Shown here one piece after another: positions 30,049 through 39,930 of a stretch of 64,000 bases of DNA. The notes under the pieces were generated by a model that saw only the letters and a list, made by a program, of their open reading frames with translations, had not been told where the DNA came from and made no database searches. Both the position numbers and the translations under genes were made by a program. The stretch is from a bacterium (GTDB taxonomy: Bacteria; Zhuqueibacterota; Zhuqueibacteria; Residuimicrobiales; Krinioviventaceae), in assembly GCA_963693055.1 (NCBI GenBank), contig OY843751.1, positions 1,984,001 to 2,048,000 on the forward strand. The letters run 5' to 3'. Every line of letters begins with the position of its first letter. Position 1 is the stretch's first letter.

Positions 30049-31074
30049 TTATGCTGTGTGTTTTGGTGGTTTATTTTTCTTTAATTCTTGTTCCAGTTTT
30101 TTAAATTCCAGCATATCTTGTTCATCTGCAATTTGTGCAGCAAAGGCTTTCCTTTTATGATCGAATTTGTCGTATATTGATCGTACTATCTTTTCCATTT
30201 CAGCGTTTGAAATACTTCCAGAGTGGTTTAAAATCTTTTTTTCATTCAATTCTAATATTTTATCAACGTTTTCTTTCCAAAAGCCAACTGTAAGGTCCTG
30301 TCGGTTTTTAGCTCTTAATTCGGCTGTTTCTAAAAATACAACAACAAAGCGGTTGAGGCTGTCCATTTCATCTTTTGTCAAATAGTTTTTAGCAATAAAA
30401 ATATCTTGTTTTCGAACAATTGAGCCTTTCCAGCTTGTTAAGTTCATATTGGACTTTTTTTCATCAGCTCGGTTTACAATAATTTCAGCAGCTGTGTATC
30501 CGGTGATGGCATAAAGGAATTTGTTTTGTGTTTCGGCATAAAACATTTGAGTTGCTTTATCTGTGCTATCATAATCACTACAAAGAGAAAAGAGATCTTT
30601 TAATTTTTGATAAAATCGTTTTTCAGAAGCCCGGATATCACGTATTCGTTCCAAAAGTTCATCAAAGTAATCCGGCCTGCCATCAGGATTTTTTAGACGA
30701 TCAGCATCGATTAAAAATCCTTTTATCAAATACTCTTTAAGATTTTGATTTGCCCACAATCTGAATTGTGTTCCGCGTTTGCTGCGTACCCGGAAACCTA
30801 TTGCCAGGACCATTTCGAGTGAGTAAAATGTGACGTTATATTGTTTGCCATCTGTGGCAGTTGTAAAGTAATTCTTTACAACTGAATTTTCCTTTAACTC
30901 TTTTTCTTTCAATATGTTATCTATGTGCTGACCAATATTTTGCTTGGAGGTGTCAAAAAGTTCTGCGATTTGGTTTTGGTTCATCCATACGCTACCTTCT
31001 TTTGCATAAAGTGTTACGGAACTTTTGCCATCCACAGTATTGTATATTATAATATTTGTGTTTTTTTCATTCAT
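30049..31074 (-). CDS. rhuM: RhuM-family (virulence RhuM / DNA-binding) protein
   Basis: VWMNQNQIAELF, AIGFRVRSKRGTQFR.WA, DYFDELLERIRDIRASEKRFYQK, IAKNYL. Confidence 0.9.
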   Translation of the reverse strand: MNEKNTNIIIYNTVDGKSSVTLYAKEGSVWMNQNQIAELFDTSKQNIGQHIDNILKEKELKENSVVKNYFTTATDGKQYNVTFYSLEMVLAIGFRVRSKRGTQFRLWANQNLKEYLIKGFLIDADRLKNPDGRPDYFDELLERIRDIRASEKRFYQKLKDLFSLCSDYDSTDKATQMFYAETQNKFLYAITGYTAAEIIVNRADEKKSNMNLTSWKGSIVRKQDIFIAKNYLTKDEMDSLNRFVVVFLETAELRAKNRQDLTVGFWKENVDKILELNEKKILNHSGSISNAEMEKIVRSIYDKFDHKRKAFAAQIADEQDMLEFKKLEQELKKNKPPKHTA

Positions 31075-31199
31075 CGTTCCTGTACCATTTCTTTGATCAA
31101 AGTGAGAATATAAACTAGTTTTTTAATTACTGTTGTGAAGAAAATTATTTCGTTGAAATTGATCATTTCGAGATATTCACCGATTGAATATTTTCAAAT

Positions 31200-31662
31200 T
31201 TTAATTTTTTTCTACACCGGCATAACCTTCACTATATCCGCATCCCTATCCATAACTGTCATTTAGGTCACCAGTGATTTTTACATAGCAAAAATCACAA
31301 CGTCCAAAAACATCATAATATACATAACAGTATAAATATAAATATGAACCTTTAAATGGGACTATTGTATGTTCAGCAAAATTTAAACAAATATCACAAC
31401 ACGCCTTGGATTCTTATAATTTTGTCATCTCAAGCAACAGACACAAAATCTCCATTTACAAATTTTGTAATATTAGCATCACCTGGATTTTTAAGAATTA
31501 ATGATTAATGTTCAACCACTAGTCTCGCTTAAAAAACAATTCTATTACAGTATAAAAGTGAATAATAGAATATTTGGGATTGGGTTCCAATTCCTCAATA
31601 GCTTTTTTCAAATAATCAATTGCATTTTGAGTTATACTTTGAAAATGTTCAGACGAGTTCAA
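31200..31662 (-). pseudogene. Decayed gene with HEPN-like N-terminus and Cys-rich (Zn-ribbon-like) C-terminus
   Basis: GGAGG + TTG 31662 gives MNSSEHFQSITQNAIDYLKKAIEELEPNPKYSIIHFYTVIELFFK; after a frameshift RLVVEH*SLILKNPGDANITKFVNGDFVSV; then CCDIC..RCDFC..GDLNDSY and GCGYSEG in shifted frames. Confidence 0.6.
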
Positions 31663-32098
31663 TTGGCCTCCTTTTTATGGTTCTGGTAATTAATTTTATC
31701 CAAAGTAGTTCACTTGTTTTAACATCTTTAATGTGCGGCCAGCCTTCGGATTGAACAATTGATTTATTATCTTGAGAAATGTTATGATACTCGTATTCAA
31801 ATTCATGTATGGTCGTAATGAGGGGCGTGATACTATTTAGGTCAACGTAAAAACAATAGGGTAACTCTGAGGCATAGTTATCATCATTCTTCCTTATCCC
31901 GGTTGTTGATATTGCCAAATAGCAAAGAATACCTTCATATGAAAATACAAGTTTTTCACCCTCTGCAAATTCTTCCTCTGCAATTCTTTTTTTAGTTATC
32001 CTGAATCTCCCTTTTTCTTCGGGTAAAGTTTTTTCAAAATGATTTTGAACATCTTTAAAAGTATTAAAAAACTGTGTACTTAATTTGATGATTCGCAT
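31649..32098 (-). CDS. Hypothetical protein
   Basis: Open frame with probable start MRIIKLS after AAGGGTGG; no confident family. Confidence 0.6.
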   Translation of the reverse strand: MRIIKLSTQFFNTFKDVQNHFEKTLPEEKGRFRITKKRIAEEEFAEGEKLVFSYEGILCYLAISTTGIRKNDDNYASELPYCFYVDLNSITPLITTIHEFEYEYHNISQDNKSIVQSEGWPHIKDVKTSELLWIKLITRTIKRRPIELV

Positions 32099-32277
32099 AA
32101 TCCACCCTTTATTTTTTTGTAATTGTCCCACATTGCAATATAAAAATTTATAATTAAATATCTATAAAAAAATCAAGATTTTCTCGCGTGTAAAAAATTG
32201 TAGCTCCTGGAATGAGCACATAAACCCGTTTGTCTAATGGCCAGAGAGGGTAAGAAATGTGTTGAAAGGAGAGCACA

Positions 32278-32736
32278 ATGAAAAAGATGTTTAAATTTAT
32301 TATTCCGTTGACATTGATTGGCGCCGCGCTGGGATTCACCCTCATGAAACCTTTTTTATTGTTTGGAAATGTTTGTTTCTCTCAGCCGGGTGGTAGAACA
32401 GGTGGTCCTGGTGGCCCAGGTAAGCCAACTGATGAACAGATTAAAGGACGAGTAAAAGAAATGGCAGAATCTGTTGACTTGTCAAATGAACAGGTTGAAA
32501 AAATTGTTGTTATACAAAAAGAACATTTTGAATCCATGTATGAAATAATGCTAAATTCATCATGTGATCGTTCTAAAATGCGTGAAACAATGGACAAGAT
32601 GTTTGAAGAAATGAATACGAAAATTAAAGCAGTAATGACAGACCAACAATATAAAAAATATCAGGAATATGAGAAAAGCCATCGTAGAGGTCCGGGAGGA
32701 CCTGGTGGTGGAGGTGAGCCTCCATCACAAAGATGA
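32278..32736 (+). CDS. Spy/CpxP-like (LTxxQ) periplasmic helical protein
   Basis: Signal peptide; LSNEQ and MTDQQYKKY motifs; Met/Gly-rich termini; AAGGAG SD. Confidence 0.7.
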   Translation: MKKMFKFIIPLTLIGAALGFTLMKPFLLFGNVCFSQPGGRTGGPGGPGKPTDEQIKGRVKEMAESVDLSNEQVEKIVVIQKEHFESMYEIMLNSSCDRSKMRETMDKMFEEMNTKIKAVMTDQQYKKYQEYEKSHRRGPGGPGGGGEPPSQR

Positions 32737-32747
32737 TGCCCCACATA

Positions 32748-32807
32748 GTGCTGATACCTCCTGCATCAGTGCAAACCGTGAGGTTGTGATGTCTCCCGGG
32801 CTTTTTT
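32748..32807 (+). ncRNA. 3'UTR RNA element: anti-SD-loop hairpin + terminator (copy A)
   Basis: gtgctgat-ACCTCCTGC-atcagtgc, then ccgtgag..ctcccgg-gc-tttttt. Confidence 0.55.
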
Positions 32808-32869
32808 AAATGTTTACAAAAAATTATTTTGATTTTACATATTTTTGTTGTAATTTATATAGTATAATA

Positions 32870-32999
32870 CTGCTTATTTATATTAAAAAATGGTATCGGT
32901 TGGCGAATGTGGACGCTATTAAGACTGGACCATATAAAAAAACGCTAATACCTCCTTCATTAGCGTTAACCGGGAGTTTCTTTTCTCCCGGTTTTTTTT
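32870..32999 (+). ncRNA. Candidate stand-alone sRNA: 5' hairpin + anti-SD-loop hairpin + terminator (copy B)
   Basis: atggt..accat stem (32890-32933); aacgctaat-ACCTCCTTC-attagcgtt; aaccgggag..ctcccggtt-tttttt; TATAAT at 32863. Confidence 0.6.
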
Positions 33000-33072
33000 G
33001 TCTTCCTCTAAACTTACTTTATGAATAATAAAAATGTTTATATTGTTAAATATATATATAATAAAAGGGGGT

Positions 33073-35001
33073 ATGATGAAATCCAGTCTTGTAGTATTTT
33101 TATTATTTTCAATTACATTTTCACTTTATGCACAAAAAGATTATCAATTTACCGGCGGGGTATTGTCTGAAAATCAAGCTTCGTACAATATAATATTCTA
33201 CGATCTATCTCTTGAAATAATGCCTGATTCACAATTTATATGTGGTTCAAATAAAATACATCTTTTTATAGAATCACCCATTGATGAAATACAACTAAAT
33301 TTAGATTCTTATCTAACTGTTGATTCTGTATCAATTGAATATGACCTTGAAAAGTCAATCCTTGATTATTGGCACATTGTTTCATCGTTATTTGTTTATT
33401 TGCCAAAAACATTTAATACCGGTGAATCACTCGTTATTAAAGTGTTTTATCATGGAAATCCCAGAATCGCACAAAATCCGCCATGGATTGGGGGATTTTC
33501 ATGGGAACAAACCCATTCAGGTGATCCTTGGGTTGGAGTAACATGCCAGAATGAAGGAGCCGATGTATGGTGGCCATGTAAAGATCACCCATCTGATGAA
33601 CCGGATTCTATGGCAATAAACTTGACTTTTTCCGGAGATTTGGAATGTATTAGTAATGGTATTTTATTGAATCAAACCTTGAATCCAAATGGGACCAAAA
33701 CCAATCATTGGTTTGTTCCTTCACCTATAAATAATTATGTTGTTTCTTTTTATCTCGCTCCTTATTTAAATTTAAATACAGATTATACTAGTGTTAATGG
33801 GGCAACCATTCCATTAACACTGTGGTATCTTGAACAGGAAAGTCAAAATGCCGAAAAACTTTTTCCATATTTATTAGAGCATGTCCAATTTCTTGAGAAT
33901 TTATTGGGTCCGTATCCTTTCTATGATCAAAAGTTGAGTGTTGTTCAATCCAGCTACCTGGGTATGGAGCATCAGACAGTTATTGCTTATGGTGATTTTG
34001 ATGAAACTGATGACCATATAATCCAGTTGCATGAATTGTCTCACGAGTGGTGGGGAAATCTGGTTACCGTATCAGACTGGAAAGATATCTGGTTACATGA
34101 AGGATTTGCAACTTATATGGAATGGTTATATTTGGAGGAAAAATATGGATTGAATAGAGTTAGGCAGGTAATTAATGATTATTCAAGATTTTATGATAAT
34201 GTAGAGCCTATTGTCTTTCAAGAACCCAAATCGTTAACTGTTTTAAATTTATTTGATACATATAAAAAAGGTGCAAATGTTTTACATACATTACGGTATC
34301 TATTGGGAAAGGAAGAACTGCTTTCCATATGTAAAACATTTCTCTATCCTGATTCTGTCATTCACAATGATCATATTGAATGCCGGTTGGTAACTGTTGA
34401 GGAATTTACTGATCTTGTTGAAAAAAGTGTTAACAGGGATCTGGATTGGTTTTTCAATGCATATCTATACAAGGCTGAATTGCCTGTCCTTTATGTGAAT
34501 TATTTTGATTATAACCTGGAATTGTATTGGAATTCAAAAGAACAGCCTAATTTTTTTATGCCTGTAGATATTGTTTTAAATAGAATAGATACTGTTACAG
34601 TAGATTTGTCTTCGGGGTATGCTTTGATTGATATTATGCCATCTGATTTAATATCAATTGATCCATACAAGTGGGTTTTAAAAAATGTAGTTAAAGGTGA
34701 CTATAGAACGGATATTCAATCACAATCCAATGAAATTAATAGTTTTGTATTAAATCAAAATTATCCAAATCCATTCAATCCAAATACCAACATCTCATTT
34801 TCATTACCCAGAAGAACACAAGTTCGTCTCGAGATTTCTAATATAGTGGGGCAATGTATTGCAGTTTTAACAGACCAATACTATGATGCTGGTCATTATT
34901 CTATTCCATGGAATGGTATGTCGTTCCCCAGTGGGATTTATTTTTATACTATTACAACTGACACCCACAAGGTTACACGTAAAATGGTACTGATTGAATA
35001 G
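33073..35001 (+). CDS. M1 family aminopeptidase with T9SS-type C-terminal domain
   Basis: YLGMEH, HELSHEWWGN, WLHEGFATY, YKKGA; C-terminal LNQNYPNPFNP. Confidence 0.92.
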   Translation: MMKSSLVVFLLFSITFSLYAQKDYQFTGGVLSENQASYNIIFYDLSLEIMPDSQFICGSNKIHLFIESPIDEIQLNLDSYLTVDSVSIEYDLEKSILDYWHIVSSLFVYLPKTFNTGESLVIKVFYHGNPRIAQNPPWIGGFSWEQTHSGDPWVGVTCQNEGADVWWPCKDHPSDEPDSMAINLTFSGDLECISNGILLNQTLNPNGTKTNHWFVPSPINNYVVSFYLAPYLNLNTDYTSVNGATIPLTLWYLEQESQNAEKLFPYLLEHVQFLENLLGPYPFYDQKLSVVQSSYLGMEHQTVIAYGDFDETDDHIIQLHELSHEWWGNLVTVSDWKDIWLHEGFATYMEWLYLEEKYGLNRVRQVINDYSRFYDNVEPIVFQEPKSLTVLNLFDTYKKGANVLHTLRYLLGKEELLSICKTFLYPDSVIHNDHIECRLVTVEEFTDLVEKSVNRDLDWFFNAYLYKAELPVLYVNYFDYNLELYWNSKEQPNFFMPVDIVLNRIDTVTVDLSSGYALIDIMPSDLISIDPYKWVLKNVVKGDYRTDIQSQSNEINSFVLNQNYPNPFNPNTNISFSLPRRTQVRLEISNIVGQCIAVLTDQYYDAGHYSIPWNGMSFPSGIYFYTITTDTHKVTRKMVLIE

Positions 35002-35088
35002 CAGTTGAATTGCATTTAACCATCCGATTTTTGAAATATTTGGTTCATATTTTCAATTATATATACATGTATGTATTTAGGAGGAAAT

Positions 35089-36150
35089 ATGGCTAATCAA
35101 AATATTGATCGTCGAACTTTTATTGGTGCAAGCATTGCTTCTACAGCGGGAATTGCAATGAATACTGCGATTGCTGCCCAAGATAAAAAAGTAAAACCCG
35201 GACAAAAACGTGTAACTGAACATCCTTATAATCCCAGAACACACAAGGCAATGCCAACTCGTAATTTAGGAAAAACCGGATATCAAGTAGGTATTTATAG
35301 CCTTGGTGGACAGGCAACTTTGGAAAAACCGGGAACAGAGCATGAATCCGAGCAGATTGTAAACCGAGCTATAGATTTGGGTATTAACTATATAGATACA
35401 GCAGCCGCTTATGGAAAGGGTATTAGCGAAACGAATATAGGTCGTGTTTTAAAGTACAGGCGGGATGAAGTATTTCTTGCTTCTAAAACTCATGACCGAA
35501 GTTACGATGGTTCTATGAAATTATTGGAAAAGAGTTTAAAGTAGCTCCAGACAGATCATCTCGATGTTTGGCAGTTACATAATGTAAAACGACAAGATGA
35601 ACTGGACCAGATATTTGCCAAAGATGGTGCAATTAAGGCCCTTGAAAAAGCAATTGATGAAGGAATGGTTCGTTTTCCCGGTATAACCGGACATTATGAA
35701 CCGCTTGTATTAGGAAGGGCGTTAGAGTCTTATGATTTTGCAACCATACTCATGGCAATTAATGCTGCGGATGTACATTATCTCAGTTTCAAGAATTATT
35801 TACTTCCCCTTGCACAGGAAAAGGGAATAGGTATTATTGGGATGAAATTGGCTACACGAGGCAGACTGTTATCAACCTGGACACCTCCACCGCTTGAAGA
35901 ACAGCCCGAGCGCATGCGTACGTCCAAACCCGGTGCTGTAACAATGAAAGAATCCCTTTATTACAATTTTTCACTACCACTCAGTACTAATATTGTTGGT
36001 GTGGATAATGTAAAACAATTGGAAGAAAATGTGAAATGGGCATCTGAATTTTCTCCTTTAAATGAAAAACAGCTGGCTGAATTAGAGGTAAAAACATTAC
36101 CGGTTGTAAGACAGGGGCTATATTTTAGACGTTGGGATATAGGAGCATGA
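35089..36150 (+). pseudogene. Tat-signal aldo/keto reductase interrupted by one in-frame TAG (35542-35544)
   Basis: DRRTFIG; GINYIDTAAAYG, FLASK, LEKSLK*LQTDHLDVWQLH; the frame continues without further stops to GIIGMK and TGA 36150. Confidence 0.8.
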
Positions 36151-36161
36151 CTTTTTTATGG

Positions 36162-36190
36162 GCCCGGTGTTAAATTACCGGGCTTTTTTT
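36162..36190 (+). terminator. Rho-independent terminator
   Basis: gcccggt/accgggc followed by T7. Confidence 0.8.
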
Positions 36191-36881
36191 AATACTCTAT
36201 AGGTTGAGGATCATATTCATATTTTTCTCTCCATCTCATTGGTACATCCGCACGGTTATCATAAAATCCACTTTCCCAGTATCCTTTGACGGATTCGCTG
36301 GTTAATTCCAGTTGATTTACCCATTTTGCCCATTTGTATCCGATCTTGCCAAAGTTAATTAATCTTAATGGATATTCATCATTGGGTGCTAACGGATTAC
36401 CGTTAACTTTGAACGCTAACATTGCATTGTATTTTAAAAGATAAGCAAGCGGCAACGATGTTGTATAATCATCAACACAATGGAAAAGTACATGTGCCGC
36501 ATCTTGTTTGATTCCTGCCATATCTAATAAGGATTTGATAGATACCCCTTCCCATTGTCCCCAAACTTCCCAACCTTCCACGCAATACATGATTATAGTA
36601 TCTGATTTAACAGATTTCATATTCTGTATCTGCTGCCAATTTAATGAAATTGTTGAATCAACAAGTCCTGTAATGGTGAGGGTAAATGTGTTCATGTCTA
36701 TTACCGGTACGCCAAAAACACTGCGTTCAGGACCGTTTTCTGCTTTTACTATATATTCTTTAAAAGGATTTTTATTTCCAGTACCTTCAGGAGCGGTTGT
36801 ATTGTTGTCAGATAATGGCTTTTCATCCTCACAGTATATGAGAAAGACAATAAATAAAAGAAATATATGTTTAATTTGCAT
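36189..36881 (-). CDS. Molybdopterin-dependent oxidoreductase (sulfite oxidase/MsrP-like), probable lipoprotein
   Basis: YCVEGW, WEGV, DDYTTSLPL, YPLRL, GYKWAKWV, GYWE. Confidence 0.88.
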   Translation of the reverse strand: MQIKHIFLLFIVFLIYCEDEKPLSDNNTTAPEGTGNKNPFKEYIVKAENGPERSVFGVPVIDMNTFTLTITGLVDSTISLNWQQIQNMKSVKSDTIIMYCVEGWEVWGQWEGVSIKSLLDMAGIKQDAAHVLFHCVDDYTTSLPLAYLLKYNAMLAFKVNGNPLAPNDEYPLRLINFGKIGYKWAKWVNQLELTSESVKGYWESGFYDNRADVPMRWREKYEYDPQPIEY

Positions 36882-37028
36882 TTTTCTTACTCCATCGAAC
36901 AAAGCTTATATAACAATTCAACAGTGCTTTTTAGTCCTGTATTGAACTTTTGCTTGTTTAAAACAAAAAATCCCCTATATTGAATTTATTGCGTAATGTT
37001 ACAGTTAACAGGAGAAAAGGGAGGAGTA

Positions 37029-38396
37029 ATGAACAAGGGTTTTAAGATATCTGTATTGGTTATAATTATTATCATGTTTTTGTCGATTTTGGGTTGTCAA
37101 AAAGCACAACCGCCTAAAGATTATCTCCAGGAAAGCAAAGCGGATTTTGATGCACGTATGCAGTGGTGGAAAGAAGCCCGTTTTGGTATGTTCATCCATT
37201 GGGGCTTGTATGCAATTCCTGCCGGTACATACAATGGCGAACAAATTGGTGGCCTTGGTGAGTGGATCCAGAATAGTGCAAGTATCCCTGCACAAGAGTA
37301 TGAAAAATATGCCCCCCAGTTTAATCCCATCAAATATGATGCGAATGAATGGGTCCGTATGGCCAAAGAAGCTGGCATGAAATACATTGTTATAACATCT
37401 AAGCATCATGATGGATTTTGTTTATGGGATTCTAAATTGACAGAATGGGACGTAATGGATGCAACTCCCTTTAAACGGGATATATTAAAAGAATTGAAAC
37501 AGGCATGTGATGCCCAGGATATCAAATTATGTTTTTATCATTCCATCATGGATTGGCACCATCCTGATGCACAGGCACCCTTTTATCCGGAATTCAATAA
37601 TACCAAAAAGACCAATCCCAATTTCCCCAAATATGTTGAAAATTACATGAAACCTCAATTAAAAGAGTTGGTAGATAATTACGGAAAACTGGGAATTATG
37701 TGGTTTGATGGTGAGTGGATTGGTGATTATACCTCTCCAATGGGTAAAGATGTTTATAATTATGTTAGAAATTTACAGCCAGATATTATTGTGAATAACC
37801 GTGTTGACAAAGGCCGTCAGGGTATGAAAGGTCAAAATAAAGAAGGTGATTTTGCAGGTGATTATGGTACACCGGAGCAAGAAATTCCGGACACCGGTTT
37901 GCCAGGTGTAGAATGGGAAAGCTGTATGACCATGAATGATACCTGGGGATTTAAATCTTTTGACCATAATTGGAAATCAACTGAAATTTTGGTCAGAAAT
38001 TTAATTGATATAGCTTCCAAAGGTGGAAATTATTTGTTAAACATTGGTCCCAAAGCCGATGGTACTTTTCCTGAAGCTAGTATTCAAAGACTTGCAGAAA
38101 TTGGTGAGTGGATGAATGTATATGGAGAATCCATTTATGGCACCATGGCGAGTCCTGTAGAAAAACCTGAATGGGGCAGATATACCCAAAAGGAAGGTAA
38201 ACTGTACGCACATGTTTTTGAATGGCCTAAATCAAGGAAACTGGTTGTTCCTGTAAAAAGTAATGTTTCCAAAGTATATGAACTCTCTACTCCTGAAACT
38301 GCATTGAATTTCAAAGTTTCAGGTGACGAGTGTGTAATTAATTTACCCCGTAAAGCGTTTAATAAAATAGCATCAGTAATTGTAGTTGAATATTAA
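37029..38396 (+). CDS. Alpha-L-fucosidase (GH29), lipoprotein
   Basis: EARFGMFIHWG, TSKHHDGF, MWFDGEW, WESCMTMNDTWG, KGGNYLLNIGP. Confidence 0.95.
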   Translation: MNKGFKISVLVIIIIMFLSILGCQKAQPPKDYLQESKADFDARMQWWKEARFGMFIHWGLYAIPAGTYNGEQIGGLGEWIQNSASIPAQEYEKYAPQFNPIKYDANEWVRMAKEAGMKYIVITSKHHDGFCLWDSKLTEWDVMDATPFKRDILKELKQACDAQDIKLCFYHSIMDWHHPDAQAPFYPEFNNTKKTNPNFPKYVENYMKPQLKELVDNYGKLGIMWFDGEWIGDYTSPMGKDVYNYVRNLQPDIIVNNRVDKGRQGMKGQNKEGDFAGDYGTPEQEIPDTGLPGVEWESCMTMNDTWGFKSFDHNWKSTEILVRNLIDIASKGGNYLLNIGPKADGTFPEASIQRLAEIGEWMNVYGESIYGTMASPVEKPEWGRYTQKEGKLYAHVFEWPKSRKLVVPVKSNVSKVYELSTPETALNFKVSGDECVINLPRKAFNKIASVIVVEY

Positions 38397-38442
38397 TTTA
38401 TGATGCGGTATTCTTGCCGCATTTTAATTTTTGAGAAGTCTT

Positions 38443-38886
38443 ATGAGAAAAGTTTACTTTTTAATAGTTATTGCATTTATTGAAGGTGTTGTTATGAGTA
38501 ATAGTATAAAGCCCAAGGCAGCTGTTGCAAAATATAAATCCGTATTACCTGAATATACAATTGAAAATTGTGTTTCACAATTTACCCGAGATAAAGCCGT
38601 TACCACAGATAAAGGATTTTATTACTGGTTTGTTGAAAAAAAGTTTACTAGTAATCTGAATGTAAAAATGTCAGAGGTGGGTGGCAATTCAGCTAATCAT
38701 CCCCCTCATGTGCATAATGAAGCCGAAGTGTTTTATATTCTTGAAGGTACAGCAAAATTCTATTTGAATGGTGAGTCAACAACTGCTGGTCCAAACAGTA
38801 CTTTTTATTGTCCACCAGATATACCACATGGAATAAGCAATGCAGGTGACGGACCCTTGAGATATTTGGTTATAAAAAATAACTGA
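38443..38886 (+). CDS. Cupin domain protein
   Basis: HPPHVHNEAEVFYILEG..PHGISN. Confidence 0.85.
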   Translation: MRKVYFLIVIAFIEGVVMSNSIKPKAAVAKYKSVLPEYTIENCVSQFTRDKAVTTDKGFYYWFVEKKFTSNLNVKMSEVGGNSANHPPHVHNEAEVFYILEGTAKFYLNGESTTAGPNSTFYCPPDIPHGISNAGDGPLRYLVIKNN

Positions 38887-38897
38887 TCAAGAGGGAA

Positions 38898-39899
38898 TTG
38901 TTGAACGCATTTGAAAGGTTTCATAACCGCATTCAAGGACTGGCTGTAGATCGTGTGCCTAATTTTAATATAATGATGGCGTTTGCTGCTCATTATATCA
39001 ACAAAAACTTGTCCAGCTATTATCTTGATTATCGGGTGCTTTGTGAAGCAAATTTAGCTGTTGCTAAGGACTTTGGTATTGATATCTTGCAGGCTATATC
39101 AGATCCCTATCGGGAAGCCCATGATCTGGGGGCAAAGATAGAATTCCCGGAGGATGGTCTGCCTGTTTCGCGCGTGCCGTTGCTTTTAGAAAAATCTGAT
39201 TTGAAAAAGTTGAAAATTGTCAGGCCTGAAGACGGTAAACGTATGCATGATCGTTTGCTGGCAATTCGCAAGTTTCGTGAAAAAGCTGGAGGAGAAATTC
39301 CAATATTGGGATGGGTTGAAGGAGCACTCGCTGAGGCTGCGGACTTGAGGGGTGTAAACCAGCTTATGATAGATTTGTATGAAGATCCTGCATGGGTATT
39401 AGAACTGCTAGGATTTTGTGTAGAACAGGCCAAAGTTTTTGCCAAGGCACAGGTTGAGGCAGGTGCAGATATTGTTGGCTTGGGTGATGCAGTTGCATCA
39501 CAAATTTCACCGGATATGTATTGTCAGTTTGCACTGCCATATGAGCAACAGATATTTGCTACAATAAAAAATTATGGAGCAATACCTAGATTACATATCT
39601 GCGGAAATACCACGCAAATTTTAACCGCCATGAAAGATAGTGGAGCAGATATTATTGATTTAGACTGGATGGTTAGTTTAAAAGACGCGATAAATATTTA
39701 TGGTAAGCATCCTATAGTTTGTGGTAATATTGATCCGGTAGCCGTATTGTTAAATGGATCTGTCGATCTGGTCAAAAAGAAAACGAGAAATAGTTTGCAA
39801 ATGGGTGGAGATTTTTGTATACACATGGCAGGTTGTGAAATACCAGATCATACTCCTGTTAAAAATTTATATGCTCAGGCAGAAATGTTAAGAGTTTAA
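38898..39899 (+). CDS. Uroporphyrinogen decarboxylase-fold methyltransferase (MtaA/CmuA-like)
   Basis: DRVP, EAHDLGA, DLRG, AGADIVGLGD, LHICGNT, GNIDPV, GCEIP. Confidence 0.85.
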   Translation: MLNAFERFHNRIQGLAVDRVPNFNIMMAFAAHYINKNLSSYYLDYRVLCEANLAVAKDFGIDILQAISDPYREAHDLGAKIEFPEDGLPVSRVPLLLEKSDLKKLKIVRPEDGKRMHDRLLAIRKFREKAGGEIPILGWVEGALAEAADLRGVNQLMIDLYEDPAWVLELLGFCVEQAKVFAKAQVEAGADIVGLGDAVASQISPDMYCQFALPYEQQIFATIKNYGAIPRLHICGNTTQILTAMKDSGADIIDLDWMVSLKDAINIYGKHPIVCGNIDPVAVLLNGSVDLVKKKTRNSLQMGGDFCIHMAGCEIPDHTPVKNLYAQAEMLRV

Positions 39900-39930
39900 T
39901 GGAAAATGATAATTAAAATTGGAATCGTTT

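Noticed and set aside
32810-33028. 72-aa ORF, or a minus-strand type I toxin using AAGGAGGT as SD
   Set aside because: The ORF runs through a terminator. On the minus strand the nearest ATG is too far from the SD and gives only MVQS.
35542-35544. Genome-wide TAG reassignment
   Set aside because: The RDD, cytochrome, M1 peptidase and malic enzyme genes all end at TAG at their expected C-termini.
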